Of a stretch of 64,000 bases of DNA, positions 12,001 through 23,964 are shown one piece after another. The position numbers and the translations under genes were made by a program. The DNA lies in assembly GCA_047495785.1 (NCBI GenBank), contig JBLDXI010000024.1:3596001-3660000 (forward strand). The letters are read 5' to 3'. Under the pieces are notes generated by a model. It ran no database searches and had not been told where the DNA came from. It saw only the letters and a program-made list of their open reading frames with translations. Each line of letters begins with the position of its first letter. Position 1 is the stretch's first letter. Origin of the DNA: Lepidodermella squamata (lineage: Eukaryota; Animalia; Gastrotricha).

Positions 12001-15000
12001 GGTGGGCGGTATCTCGATAAGCCGACCATTTATTTCGACGGAAAATCGGATACCCATCTCTTGATACCCATCACAACGATCAGAATTTTGTCGGGCCTTA
12101 CGGCAACACGGTCGGTGGCTTCAGTTCAGGTGTTGCTGCGGCGAGATTACACCTCGGCAGGGACGATAGGTGATATGCCCTCAACATCGTGCGATTTACA
12201 GCCGGCCTATGGCTATCATTTGAAAGTGTTCCCAACCGGGCAATATGCCGCGCGGAAACGCCGAGCAGCAGACGCAAAGCTCGCCGAAACTGCTTTGGAT
12301 CTCGACGCTAAATCAAACGAAGATCAAATTGTTGTTCGTTCGGATCAAATCGGTGATTTTGGAATTCAGTTAGCCGTGACGCCTAATCGAATTTCGTTCA
12401 CTGATATCCTAGCAGTATTTTCTCTGCTTGAATACAACAACATCCCAGTTGTTGCTTTCGTGCTAGCTGGACTCGCTTTTCTAACTGTCGGCATTGTCTT
12501 CGCGCGTTATTTCGACGCTGATGACTTGAAGCAGTGGAGCTTCCTACCGATTCGGGGTGAATTGTACTTCCAAAACGTCAACTACTTGGTCTCAGTTCAC
12601 TATAAACGCGTGAGGCATGCTTATCTAAAACCAACTGTTTGGATAAGCCTGTTAGGCGATGTTCAAGATTCGAATTGGCGGTGTCTGGTTGACAATGTTC
12701 GCGAGAATTACGTCAGAGGGGTGCCGGAAAACTTCATCGTAACAACTTTCGTACCTGTCGGTAGCCTCCACGGGGTTGAAGTCCGGATTGGGTCGGAAAG
12801 AGCAGGTCCATACCCTGTTGAAATGTACATCGAACGAATCGTAGTGGTCGACCCGCAGCTACAGGTCAAATACGTGTTTAATGTTGGGAGAAATCTTGTT
12901 GGCGGTGATTTGCCTATGACATTTGGTCCGACAGTTTTCGACTTCATGTCTGTCGGCGAATTGATCACGCAACATTTGAGTGGGTCTGTAACTGAGGAAC
13001 ATCTCTGGGCATCAGTTCTGAGCCGACCTTACCCAAGCAGGTGGACTCGATGCGAACGTCTTGCGACCCTAATTACCGGGACCTTTTTGGTGATGTTAGC
13101 TAACGTCATGTTCTACGGCCGCGACTTCGCTTCGCCTAGGGTAGGAATTGCCGTCGGGAAATATCTTAGAATTTCCTCCTTCTCCTTATGGACCGCTCTA
13201 ATATCTTCCTTGATTGTCGTAATACCCACAGCGATAATTGCTCTGTTATTCCGATTCACACCACGGCGATCCGCAGAGCGGTCGAAAATGTTGACCATTT
13301 TCAATATTAAGGCGCATCTGAAGTCTAGGCGCAATAATTTACCTTACTTTTGCGTCTACGTCGCCTGGGCACTTGTTGGTCTCTGCCTAGCTGGGTCAAG
13401 CTTTTTCGCAGTCCTGATTTCGATGCAGTGGTCACTGGAGAAATCACTACAATGGTTCAGTGGCATGCTTGTTCATCTGCTGATTGACTTGATCCTAGTT
13501 CAAATGCTTAAGGTAACTTGGCCTGATATTTTTACTTGTTTCAATCTTTTCTTGGTTTTCTAGACTTTGGCTTTGGCCATCTACAAAGCAACCTCATTGC
13601 GCTACCCTGAAGATGGCATTGATCTGGATGTCCCTATGCTATCTAAACGTAACTTGATTCGCCATTAAATTGAATATAGTATGAATGAACCTTAAAATCT
13701 GTGTAGAGAGCCAAGCCCGTCGAATAGTTTTCATGCGATTCCGCTATGCCATGCTGGATTTTCTGCACCATCTCGGCTGGATAGTCACTTTTTTCGCCGT
13801 CCTTATTTCTTCCTGGAACCTTGATGCCTACAACCAACACGCTGCAGTTCAACAAATAGTTTCTGTGCCCGGAATTAGGCCGATTCGCGATGTTGTAACC
13901 AGGCCTGGGGTTTACGATTGGCTTCAAAACTCCCTCCTTCCAACCATCATGAGTGGAAATCAATTCCAAGCTCATTACAGCGGGTCATTCAAAGATGATT
14001 TACTGCGAGATTATCCGCCGGGAAAGTTTTACGCGGTGAAGAATCATGACTACCTAGTGATTGGACCGATAAGGCTGAGACAACATCGCGTGGAAATAGC
14101 CCCGTGTCCTTTGAATGCTAGTGCGATTCCTGCGGTTTTCGATCGGTATTTAAAACAGAGGAGCTACTCTCTGGGAGTTTTCTCTTGCCATCAGCCTTAT
14201 GCCCAATCAGGAGGTTCGACTGACCGGAAAGGCTACTACATGACCTGGACCCAGGAAATGAACGATTCGTATGTGGCCTACCTTCGCTCGAATGATAACT
14301 CCGCACCCTCTCAGCTGAAACCGTGGTACTTCCGAAATTCTGAAGAATTGCCGTTGTCTGGTTTGCAACGGAATAGCTATGACTCTGGCGGGTTCTATTT
14401 CGATATGCCACTGGATTCGTTATCGACAATTCAATCAACGATTGCCTCGCTTCGCCAGGCAAAGTGGATCGATGGTTTGACGTCGGTTTTCGTCGTTGAT
14501 ATGACATTCTTCTTCGTCTATTCCAACACATTTGTGCCAACGAAGATCGTGTTCGAGCAGCTAGATAGCGGTGGGTTTGTGTACCACATTCAGTCAACAA
14601 CGGTAGATTTGTACCAGTATACGACTGGTTGGATGTCGATGGCATCGATTTTCATGCAACTTCTATGGCTTGTGGTCTTCATTAGCCAGGTTTTATTTTT
14701 TAATTTTAAATAGATTGGAAATTCACAGTTTTTACTAATCAGATTGCCAAGGTCATTCATCGACTTGTGAAAGAAAGGCCTATAACTTTCTGCCAAAATT
14801 CGTGGAATAGTGCCGCTCTAGTGCAAATTGGCATTGCGTTCGCAGCTTTTGGCTACGCTGCACAAAGACCGGCTTGTTTCAAGTGGATAATAGCCCAACT
14901 TCGACCTAATTACGAAAAGCTATACGTCTCTTTCGATCGGGCAATTTATCTCGAAAAAATGACGTCATCTTGCTTTGGTGTAGCGCTTTTCCTGGCAATA

Positions 15001-16095
15001 ATAATGACTATTTCGGTGCCTACAACCAATACCACCTGGATTACAGTGTTACGCACTTTGTCAAAGACAAAATGGGTTATGGTTTATTTTGCTGTTGTCC
15101 TGGCTGGTTTGACCTACATTTGGGGCGGAGTTGGCACTATTCTTTTTAGCGGAAATTTCGACGGTTTCAGTACTGTGGGTCGCGCAATGTTGACGATGTT
15201 CCGAAGTTTACCGAGACTAAGATCGACGCTATTAGGTTACGACAACCGAAGGGACACAAAATCGCCAGTGGTGCTTTGTTTCACATTTTCAGCAACCATC
15301 CTCTACGTAGTCTGGAATTTGTATAGGAGCGTTATCCTTTCGACGTACAGCCGGTTCGCTCAAACTTTCAAGTGCAAGTTCTTGTCGAATGTTGAAAAGA
15401 TGACGGAAGCGCAACTTCGTGATACTTACGAATATCTGAAACGGCGGGCGAGAAATCGTAAGCGAGGCATTGTAGATGAGGATGATCAGCAAACCTCGGC
15501 CGAGCATTTGCATGAATTGACGAGTCGACTCGTTGAAGTTGTAACAAAGCGAGCGACGGATTTCGATGAAGCGAAACTTGACAGGTCACTGTTACATTGG
15601 TTTTTGAACACGATCAAACACTGGCGGGCTTGGCATCAAGCTATCAGACTGCTGGAAATCGGATGGGTGCCCGCTGTTCCTTTGCCATCGAAACCATCCA
15701 GGAACTCACCCCTATCAAGACTATCGCGTCGAGATTCTGAAGTAAAACGTGAAACCAGCGCCGCTACTCGGTGGACATTTTCTGCGGTATCTAAAAGATC
15801 GGTTCAAATTATGCCAGCTTCTGATGACGCTTGGACGGAGGAAGAGCGAGATCAGGCTGCAATGTGGCGCCAGCAGATTGAAATGGACGAATTACAGCTG
15901 GATGGCAGCGTGCCAAAATGGGCGCATGCTTTCGACCAAGTCAGTGCGGCTGGAACGACAAACTTGCCCCGCCCGACTTCTTCGGCAATCCGGGAGGCTT
16001 ATTTGAAAATTGATAGCGTTAAACGCAGTAAGAATTTGATTCAAGAAGACGCGCCCGGTTTCTTGAATCCGGTTGAACCTCACGACAATCGCTGA
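1..16095 (+). CDS. Polycystin-1-like (PKD1L) protein, 5'-truncated by the window; [EGF-LamG/pentraxin-sushi]x6, GAIN-like region, TM1, PLAT/LH2, polycystin TM/channel domain
   Basis: Phase-consistent GT-AG exons: <2-971, 2488-2598, 2662-4193, 4933-5304, 5460-5820, 6134-6732, 8066-8624, 8677-9513, 9563-10708, 10762-10919, 10980-11357, 11416-13512, 13564-13648, 13707-14689, 14743-16095 (11,541 nt, a multiple of 3). PKD1-family motifs: VTPNRISF..NNIPVVAF (post-GPS/TM1), YLVSVHY..VWISLLG..PENFIVT (PLAT), EEHLWASVLSRPYPSRWTRCERL, IGPIRLRQHRV, WIDGLTSVFVVD. EGFs of the type CLNGGIC..GFTGPDC. AATAAA near 16166. Confidence 0.9.
991..1328. mobile_element. Non-autonomous Tc1/mariner-superfamily (Tc2/pogo-like) MITE in PKD1L intron
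   Basis: Perfect 25-bp TIRs CCGTAATTTTCAGTATAAAGGCCGC / GCGGCCTTTATACTGAAAATTACGG, flanked by TA on both sides (989-990, 1329-1330). Several internal GTGCGGCCTTTATT-like sub-repeats. Confidence 0.9.
1921..1991 (+). tRNA. tRNA-Gly(CCC)
   Basis: Cloverleaf: acceptor GCGCCGC/GCGGCGC, anticodon arm CAAGA-TTCCCAT-TCTTG, T arm CCGGG-TTCGACT-CCCGG; T-run terminator just downstream. Confidence 0.95.
2068..2139 (+). tRNA. tRNA-Arg(TCT), intronless
   Basis: Acceptor GCCCTCG/CGGGGGC, anticodon arm TTGGA-CTTCTAA-TTCAA, T arm GTGGG-TTCGAGT-CCCAC; TTTTT terminator at ~2146. Confidence 0.93.
2209..2280 (-). tRNA. tRNA-Arg(CCT)
   Basis: Reverse complement GCCCTTGTGGCCTAATGGCAAGGCGTCGGCCTCCTAAGCCGAAGATTGCGGGTTCGAGTCCCGCCGGGGGTG; T5 terminator downstream on the minus strand. 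Confidence 0.93.
2357..2427 (-). tRNA. tRNA-Gly(CCC), second copy
   Basis: Reverse complement differs from the 1921-1991 copy at only two positions; T5 terminator downstream on the minus strand. Confidence 0.95.
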
Positions 16096-16273
16096 TAAGA
16101 AGCAACATTTTCCATTAATACGTGCTGATTGATTACATTTTTAGTTCAACCGAACTTGCGACATTAATAAAAATCTGTGATATTGTTTTCGCACGTGCCT
16201 TATCGTTTCCTTTCTAACTGAATAGTGACTAGTGACTAGTGTAAACACTTCATTCATTTCAGCAATATCTATA

Positions 16274-17397
16274 ATGAAACCTAATAGCACAAAAATTCTG
16301 CGTCCGTGTTACTGCTTCGCTGATGAGTGCATTGACTGGCCGTACAGGCTTATTATGCATGGAATGGTCGAACCAACGGAAGCTGCTGTTGTAGCAATAA
16401 CTTGCATTGTTGCAGCTCGCAGTGTCTCAGCACAACTTGGCAGAATAGCTTCACATTGGGACGAAGAAATCAGCCGAGGCCATTTAAAATGGCGAGTCAC
16501 ATATCAGTTTTACGGAGCTCTACGGAAACTCTTGAGAGCCTTGGTTTTTTTCGGTTTCAACAGGAGCCTTGAGTTGTTTCGACAAGAGTCGCACATCGTG
16601 CGCTACAAAGGCAAACCGGGTCAAGTATTGTGCATCTTCTTCTTTTTTCTAGTCAAATTCGTGAAAACTGCAACGACGTCGTTTCAAGAAATATTCGCTC
16701 TGGCGATAGTGTGGGAGCCGATAATTCGATATGCAGCGTCCAAGCCACATAACGGCTATTTCTATGTTTCATCTAGTCGTCTTTTCAGTGGTTTGGTGGT
16801 TATATTGTCGGGAACACTCGCTGTTTTTTCGCTGTCATTGTTCCGCTGTGAGGCATGTGGCAGCGCATCAGATGGTCTTTATCAGCTAGTAACAAAACTA
16901 CCTGATGGCAGAGTGGAAGATCGTATCCTCGAACTGCTTTCAATCACTGAGTCCTACATTGGCACAGTATTGTCTTGTAAACATTCTTAATTTCTATTTT
17001 CCACTACTAAAATCCTTGTGTATTTCACTATTTAGCGCTGATCATTTTAGGCACGGTAATATTATGTCCTCTACTGCCGGAAATATGGAAGGCTGCAACA
17101 GGCCAGGAGGCTACCAAAATGTCACTCCACGTGGCTCGCATTGGTATCTTGGCTACATTATTTGCCGGCTGGCATCGCCTGATGCATCACGTAAATATGG
17201 GTTTTAACGCTCCTTCGGTTCCAGTCGAGCGATTGAAATTAAAACCGGAGCTGAATTTGTACACAACTTGTGCGTTCAACGCCATGGGCTTTATCGACGA
17301 ATGGCACTGCAATATGGAGAACTTGATCATGCATTTAGAGCACTGCTTGATTCCATTTGCGACGCTCCAGCTGTATCGGGTCTTGAAGAAAAATTAG
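16274..17397 (+). CDS. Orphan multi-pass membrane protein (~354 aa)
   Basis: Exons 16274-16976 and 17036-17397 are joined in frame by a 59-nt GT-AG intron. Several hydrophobic segments; no family recognised. Confidence 0.65.
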
Positions 17398-18660
17398 GAG
17401 CTTAGGTCAATTTGCAGCAACAAAGACTTCCTCAACTCGGATGACAAAAATGTGAACTCATAGTCCCGGCAGCCGCAGTGGAATCAAAAATGCAACTATA
17501 AAATACGTATTTATAAAATAATATATAAAAATACGTTGCCCTCCTTATTAATCATTACAGCTACAAAACATATAATTTGCGTTCTTCATCAGCCTTTTGT
17601 AATTTTCATAGACCGGAGAGAGCTGTGTTGAGTTGTGTCGAGCTGTTCGTAGGATAGTGTGATCATTTGAGCGTTTCTCCGATCAAAATTCTTGTTATTG
17701 TTTCGAAATCCGTGATAAAAGTTATACAGTCATCGTGAAATGATCTTATGAGGAGAGAAGTAAACAGATGATCATTGCATACAGAATGTACAGCTTCTTT
17801 GTAAGCTTTACCGGCTTATTGTTTCCGTACAGAAGTTGTTGCGTAATCATCTCCCACTCTCGCTAGGTCTCTGCTGCTACAAAATAATCCGCAGCCATCG
17901 GCGATGCACTCATTCGCTAGTCATTTTGTCAGAGCCAATTGATTTCCCCAACAGTCGGCAGAACCATTAAGCAACTTCAGCAGTTACAGGAGATGGATTA
18001 CTGAAGTGGTTACCAAGATTGATGCCGCTCACGATCCTGTCCTAAGGTGATAGGATTACACCGACCGTGACCAAGGACGCTTCAGGAAAGCATTGGAAAC
18101 ATCGCGAAAATTGGTTTCCACATTATTTAGCCATACATTCGCAATAATTTCGAAATAATATTTAAATATTTATAAAAACTTAAAAACAACAGTTGGTTAT
18201 ACATTTTTTAGTAAATAATTTTTTTAATGAAAAAATCCCGCAGATTTTAGAAGAAGTCGTTTGATGTTTTTGAGCTGGCACAGGCATCAATTCATCAGCT
18301 TATCCTCGTTCAACTGCAAAATGTTCCGAAGTCTTGCTCACATATTAATGTAGTGGCCAATTTAGATGGCTCTAGTGGCTCTTCTATTCTCATCCCAGTG
18401 CTCAGTTTTGGAGAAATATGCATTTCAGAGTTGGGGGTACTTGATTGTAAAGATAGTTGCGATGCATCTCGTGCCATGACTTTTTTCCTGTCTTATTTAT
18501 TTGTTGATCACGGGTCTTATTTCTATTTTCATCGTTCTAATTTCAGGGTTTAAGATGCGCTTTTGCATCATAGTATGATTTGTATCATTCTCGCGTCTCA
18601 AATACTCACGTACATGATACAAGTAGCCTTTATTGTTCGAAATAGGATATTTTATGCATC

Positions 18661-20088
18661 ATGGCTGAGAAAACATCACCTTCAAAACTAGCAAAAGATA
18701 ATGGTGCCGAATCTGTGATTCATAAACGAAACGTACACCCTGACCAAGGAGATTCGCCAAAGGTTGAAACCGCCAACGGCAGTCGTCGCACCCCCACAGA
18801 TCACAGCCGCCCTGATAAGCCAGTTCACAAGCTTGTGGATTCGTTGTTTAGCAGTGATAGTGGATTTAGCAACTATCGTGGGTTTCTTAACTTATGTGTC
18901 GTCCTTCTCGTTTTGTCGAATTTCCGAGTAGCTCTCGAGAACATAATCAAATATGGCATCCTGATTGATCCATTTTTTCTCGTGAAAGCCGTGATGGCTG
19001 AGCCAAGGCTTCCAAACACGAACTTGATCATTTTCTCTAATGTGTTCATTTTGTTTGCCCTGTGGATTGAAAAACGCCTAGCATCTGGCAAGTTGACAGA
19101 GTCTCTCGGCCACTCGTTGCATGTCGCTAATTTATCAGTTGTTCTGATTCTCCCAGCCGTTGTCATTCTTGTTTTGCGCCCGTTTCCCATGTTTTCAATG
19201 TTCACTATGAGCATTTATTCAATTTTGTTTCTGAAACTGATTTCATACCAATCTGTTAATCGTTGGTGTCGGAACTGGCGCGCTAAGAATCCGAATGGTG
19301 TTGTACCTGGGTTGAAGCCTGGTGATAAAGTGTATCCCGACAACGTTACGGCAGGAGATATTTACTATTTCATGTTTGCTCCCACGTTGTGCTACGAAAT
19401 TAATTTCCCGCGCACTGAGCGTATTCGCAAGCGGTTCCTTATCAAACGTATCCTGGAAATGATTATATTGTCTCAAGTTATGCTGGCGATGATCCAGCAG
19501 TGGGTTTATCCAACAGTACGCAACTCGCTCCAACCTTTTCAGCAAATGGATATTAGTCGTGTGATTGAACGGATTTGCAAATTAGCGATTCCGAATCACA
19601 TTATTTGGCTCATTTTCTTCTATTGGCTCTTCCATTCTACGCTTAACTTCACCGGCGAGTTGCTCCGTTTTGGTGATCGCGAATTCTACCGAGATTGGTG
19701 GAATGCCGAGTCGGTTGAATCCTTCTGGCAAAATTGGAACATCAGCGTACACCGCTGGTGTGTCCGCCATCTGTATAAACCGATGTTGTACAGAAATTAC
19801 ACGAAACTACAAGCTAGTGCTGCTGTTTTCCTGGTATCAGCGTTCTTCCATGAGTACATGGTGTCTGTCCCTCTGTGCATGTTCCGCCTGTGGGCGTTTT
19901 TGGCCATGTTGTTTCAAGTGCCATTTGCTTTTATAGTGCACAAATGCACCAAAGGTATGGCGGCAAATATGGCCGTATGGCTGTCGCTGATTGTTGGCCA
20001 ACCTATTGCTATTATGATGTACTTCCACGATTACTACGTCCTACACCTTGCTAACCAGGGCGCATCGAATGCCACTGCCAGCATTTAA
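18661..20088 (+). CDS. DGAT1: Diacylglycerol O-acyltransferase 1 (MBOAT family), single exon
   Basis: Motifs [43 protein letters not shown] and SAFFHEY (catalytic His). Confidence 0.97.
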   Translation: MAEKTSPSKLAKDNGAESVIHKRNVHPDQGDSPKVETANGSRRTPTDHSRPDKPVHKLVDSLFSSDSGFSNYRGFLNLCVVLLVLSNFRVALENIIKYGILIDPFFLVKAVMAEPRLPNTNLIIFSNVFILFALWIEKRLASGKLTESLGHSLHVANLSVVLILPAVVILVLRPFPMFSMFTMSIYSILFLKLISYQSVNRWCRNWRAKNPNGVVPGLKPGDKVYPDNVTAGDIYYFMFAPTLCYEINFPRTERIRKRFLIKRILEMIILSQVMLAMIQQWVYPTVRNSLQPFQQMDISRVIERICKLAIPNHIIWLIFFYWLFHSTLNFTGELLRFGDREFYRDWWNAESVESFWQNWNISVHRWCVRHLYKPMLYRNYTKLQASAAVFLVSAFFHEYMVSVPLCMFRLWAFLAMLFQVPFAFIVHKCTKGMAANMAVWLSLIVGQPIAIMMYFHDYYVLHLANQGASNATASI

Positions 20089-20357
20089 AAAAATCAATGA
20101 AGACTGACTGAAACTATTTTAAAAACTTTTAAGTGCGCGACCTCGTTCAAAAATGAATTATTGTTTCAGCCTCGGTGATTCTTCGATTGATGAAAAAGAC
20201 GAATAATTGCTTAAATTTCTTTATTGCTTACTGATGTATTTTTTCCGTGCCAAACAAAACTTTTTTGAGGTAGAAAACCTTGTGTTGTGTAGGTTTTTGA
20301 GATGCGAAAGAAGATAATACTTGAGAATAAATTTTCTAGGTTTTTTCTGATATCAAA

Positions 20358-21023
20358 ATGTCGATTACTGCCTATAACGGTGGTTCGGTCCTTGCTATGG
20401 CTGGCAAGGATTGCGTCGCTATTGCTTGCGATAAAAGGTTTGATTGTGCACTGAAAAGAAAACATTTACAACTTCTCTCTATTTTTAGATTCGGCGTTCG
20501 TCTTCAGATGGTTTCGACTGAGTTTGAAAAGATTTTCCAAATGGGTCCGTCTTTGTTCCTCGGCCTGTCCGGTCTGACTACGGACATTCAAACTGTGTCG
20601 GAAAAGCTCAAATTCCGCGTCAATCTTTACGAAATGAAGGAAGGCCGTAAGGTTACGCCGAAAGTTTTCTTGACGATGCTTTCGAATTTGCTGTACGAGC
20701 GCCGCTTCGGCCCGTACTTTGTCGAGCCAGTCGTCGCTGGCTTGGACGAACACGGCAAGCCGTTCGTCGCCATGACCGATCTGATCGGAGATGCGATGAT
20801 CAACACTGATTTCACGCTGGCTGGCACTGCGTCCGAGCAGCTGTGGGGCATTTGCGAAACGCTGTGGAAACCCGATCTCGGCCCGGAGGACTTGTTCGAG
20901 ACTTGCGCCCAGTCGCTGTTGAACGCCATGGACCGTGACTGCTTGTCCGGCTGGGGTGCTGTCGTTTATTTGATTGAGAAGAACAAGGTCACGGTGAAGC
21001 ACATCAAGTCGCGAATGGATTAA
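20358..21023 (+). CDS. PSMB3: Proteasome subunit beta type-3
   Basis: MSITAYNGGSVLAMAGKDCVAIACD..RFG, LYERRFGPYFVEPVVAGL, DRDCLSGWG, C-terminal RMD. Removing the 51-nt intron 20438-20488 gives 204 aa. Confidence 0.97.
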   Translation: MSITAYNGGSVLAMAGKDCVAIACDKRFDCALKRKHLQLLSIFRFGVRLQMVSTEFEKIFQMGPSLFLGLSGLTTDIQTVSEKLKFRVNLYEMKEGRKVTPKVFLTMLSNLLYERRFGPYFVEPVVAGLDEHGKPFVAMTDLIGDAMINTDFTLAGTASEQLWGICETLWKPDLGPEDLFETCAQSLLNAMDRDCLSGWGAVVYLIEKNKVTVKHIKSRMD

Positions 21024-21825
21024 TCATCGGCTCGTGTTCTTTTCTTTGCTCCGGCTTTTTCAGAAAAAGCTGCAATAGTAGAACATTCTTTCTCTCATTC
21101 TAGAAAAAAATGTGTGACATGCGGTTTAAAACCCGGTTTTTCGTTATTCTGCTTCCCTCGAGGAAAAAAACGCATTCCAAACAGTGATTTATCAATTGAA
21201 AAATTGTGATTTAATTATCATTGTCTGTTTGATTTTGTTCCTAGATTTTTACCAAGTACTAATAGCGGCGGTGATTAATATTCATCCCGCATTATTGACA
21301 CAAGGAATTGTGTTGCGTTGGCCTGGCAATTGAAGTCAGGCGAGTAGTTAGACAAAGCCGGCCTTTGTCTCGCTAGTACCTCAATGAGACACACGTGCGG
21401 ATGATGAGGCAATAAGAGCGCATGAAGGCGGACTTCTTAATGAAATCTACTGTTGATTGTCCACGCTTGGTTGGTGCATTGCTAAATGACCTGATGCGAG
21501 GTGGGCAGAGGCCGTCGAGAAGATATCATCGGCATCTTTCTAACGGTTATAAGCCTACTGGGAAACTGATATGAAAAAATTGAAATTTTGCATTTTTTAT
21601 GGGGGTAAAGGCTTGGTTCATTTTAAAATTAATTGAAGTGCTCAAGTGATTAATTCAAGTACTAGATTTTGAAAACCTAATTTATCTAAAAATTTCGCCT
21701 TTATTTTGAATAGAAATGTTCGATTCTAGGTGATTATATTAGCTGAATTGGCTGAAATCGAGTGATATCTCCCGTCAATTTTTGTTCGATTATTTTTTTC
21801 GCTTCAACAATCAGTGATTATAAGC

Positions 21826-23412
21826 ATGAGCTATCGTGCGGTGTTCACAAATGCATCCTACGTCAAGCAGCAGGTGCAAACAGTGGTCGGTTCTTCGACC
21901 ATTGTCATGAAATTGTTAGCGGCTTGCGTCGTCATAGGATACGGCCTAGGCCAGGTGAGACCCCTATTAAAATTTGAAAAAAAATCTTAAAATTCTGATT
22001 TTTTGTTATTTAGGTACCATCTCTTCTTCCATACGTTGTCATTCAACCCTCTCACATCCTGCCCACAAATTTGTGGGTGTGGACCTACCTCACGTCGCCT
22101 TTCATTGAGCTGCACTGGTGGCAGGCGCTGTTCGATATCGTCGTCATCGTCCTATATGGCAAGCTCCTGCAACCGCTGTGGGGCCCGATGGAACTCGCCG
22201 CTTTTTACTGTGTGCTCAACGTTGTTGTCGAACTTCTCGTCACAATCGCCTACGTCGTGCTTTACTATGCGTCTGGCGATGTGGCCTATTTATTCAGTAC
22301 TTATATCTATGGACAAGCCGCGTGTCTAGCCGGTTTTTTGGTCGCCGTGAAACAGGTAACACATCTAGAAAAAATAACACGAAAATGACCAGAAAAATCT
22401 GGATTTTTATCTATTTTTTGGAATATAGCAAGCAGTTCCTAATTTTCAAAGAATTAAAAATAATAGTTTGAATCTTAAAGGTTGATACAAAATATCATTG
22501 ATTTATTGAGGTTATTTTAATTTTTTTTAATTTTGAGAAAATTTTAATTTTTGTTGAGAAACTCGCAACTAGCTTAAATAATGAATTTGTTGACGAATCT
22601 AAATTTTTTTTAAATGCGAAATTATTTCAATTTTTCCTTAAATTTTACTCAAGGTCATGGGTAATCAAATTGTGATCAACTCGCCGTTCGGTAAACTTCG
22701 CAATCGGGACTTGCCAGTCGCCTTGCTTTATATCCTGTTTGTTCTCTCAATTCTACGCGCCGTCTCACTTACCTATCTAATGCTGTACACTTGCGGAATT
22801 TTCACCTCATGGACATATCTTCGTTTCTATCAACGCCATGGTAATGGCAAAAAAGGCGATCAATCGAATGATTTTGCTTTCGTAACCTTCTTCCCTTACC
22901 TACTCCACGGCCCGGTTCGATTCATATCCGATACCGTGTTCAATATTTTGGTAAAACTATCGATTTGCAAGCCGTTCCAACCAGCGCCGGCGAATAGTGA
23001 AGCATCAAGCCATCACCACACTGGCATGATGGTGGGCCCATCAGCCACTGTTACCCTAAATATGCCGACCGATGCTTTAGAGGCTGAACGTAGAAAACAA
23101 AAGGCGTTGAGAGCGTTGGAAGAGCGGTTGTCGAAATTGCAAGCCCAGCCTTCATCTGCGACGGCCTGGCCGAGTTTAGACGACGCGGCAGCTGGTCCGA
23201 ATGCGGAGCAGTTGCATGCGATGATCAAATCAGCGAATTCGGAGGATCAACGCGGTCCGAGGTTGCCGGTTCCCGACTTTAAGGCGGCTGCGGCGTTGAC
23301 TGCCCAGGCGGCTTCTGTCGGAATTCCGATGCCAAGCCAAACAAATAGCGAGACTCAACAACAAGCTCAACAAACCGCGCCGTCACAACAACAACAACAG
23401 CAGGCACCGTAG
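21826..23412 (+). CDS. TMEM115: Transmembrane protein 115 (rhomboid-like Golgi protein)
   Basis: Exons 21826-21954, 22014-22355, 22654-23412. Motifs LQPLWGPME, LVAVKQ, SWTYLRFYQRH..GD...FAFVTFFP, AERRKQKALRALEERL. Confidence 0.92.
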
Positions 23413-23964
23413 CGGAAACTTGTCGGAGAAAAATTTCTGATATGATATGATATATTTAATTCGAGTTGGTCTATATCCTAGGTATTATTGATATACTAAT
23501 ATGATAATATTAACAAAATTTTGTGGTTGTGTTTGTCGCGACAAAGCAAACTTCTTCTTTTTGATGATGACACCTGGTGCCGCCGCGAGGTGTAAATTTA
23601 TGGACGGTTGATATATGTATTATAAATATATATATACATACTGACACTGAAAAATATTGTATGAACAGTGATGTATTGTTTGGTACTGGTTCGCGCGGTG
23701 CCGAGCGATGTGACTCGACAGTTGCGAAGAAAGTTCGCAATAAAAACACATGGTCTCCGAAACAAGATGCCACTCAATAACCCCGTTTTTTCACATCACA
23801 TGCAAAAAATTAATTTTGCCCTAAATTTTCCAATCAATTTTTTAAACTCATGCCAATTAGATTTTGATAACTAAATTTTTGAATTTATTTTAGATATTTA
23901 TTGATACCGTTGAATTTTTCAACGAAATGCGATGAATTTTTGAGCGAACACGGCCGAATTAAAT

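Noticed and set aside
17420-18140. Possible pseudogene (a WFCRLLGK segment vaguely MOSC-like)
   Set aside because: Multiple stops in all frames and too little similarity to support a call.
21380-21500. U3 snoRNA, RNase P/MRP or telomerase RNA
   Set aside because: No U3 box A/A' 5' domain, no P4/CR-I/CR-V motifs and no telomeric template; kept only as a generic ncRNA candidate.
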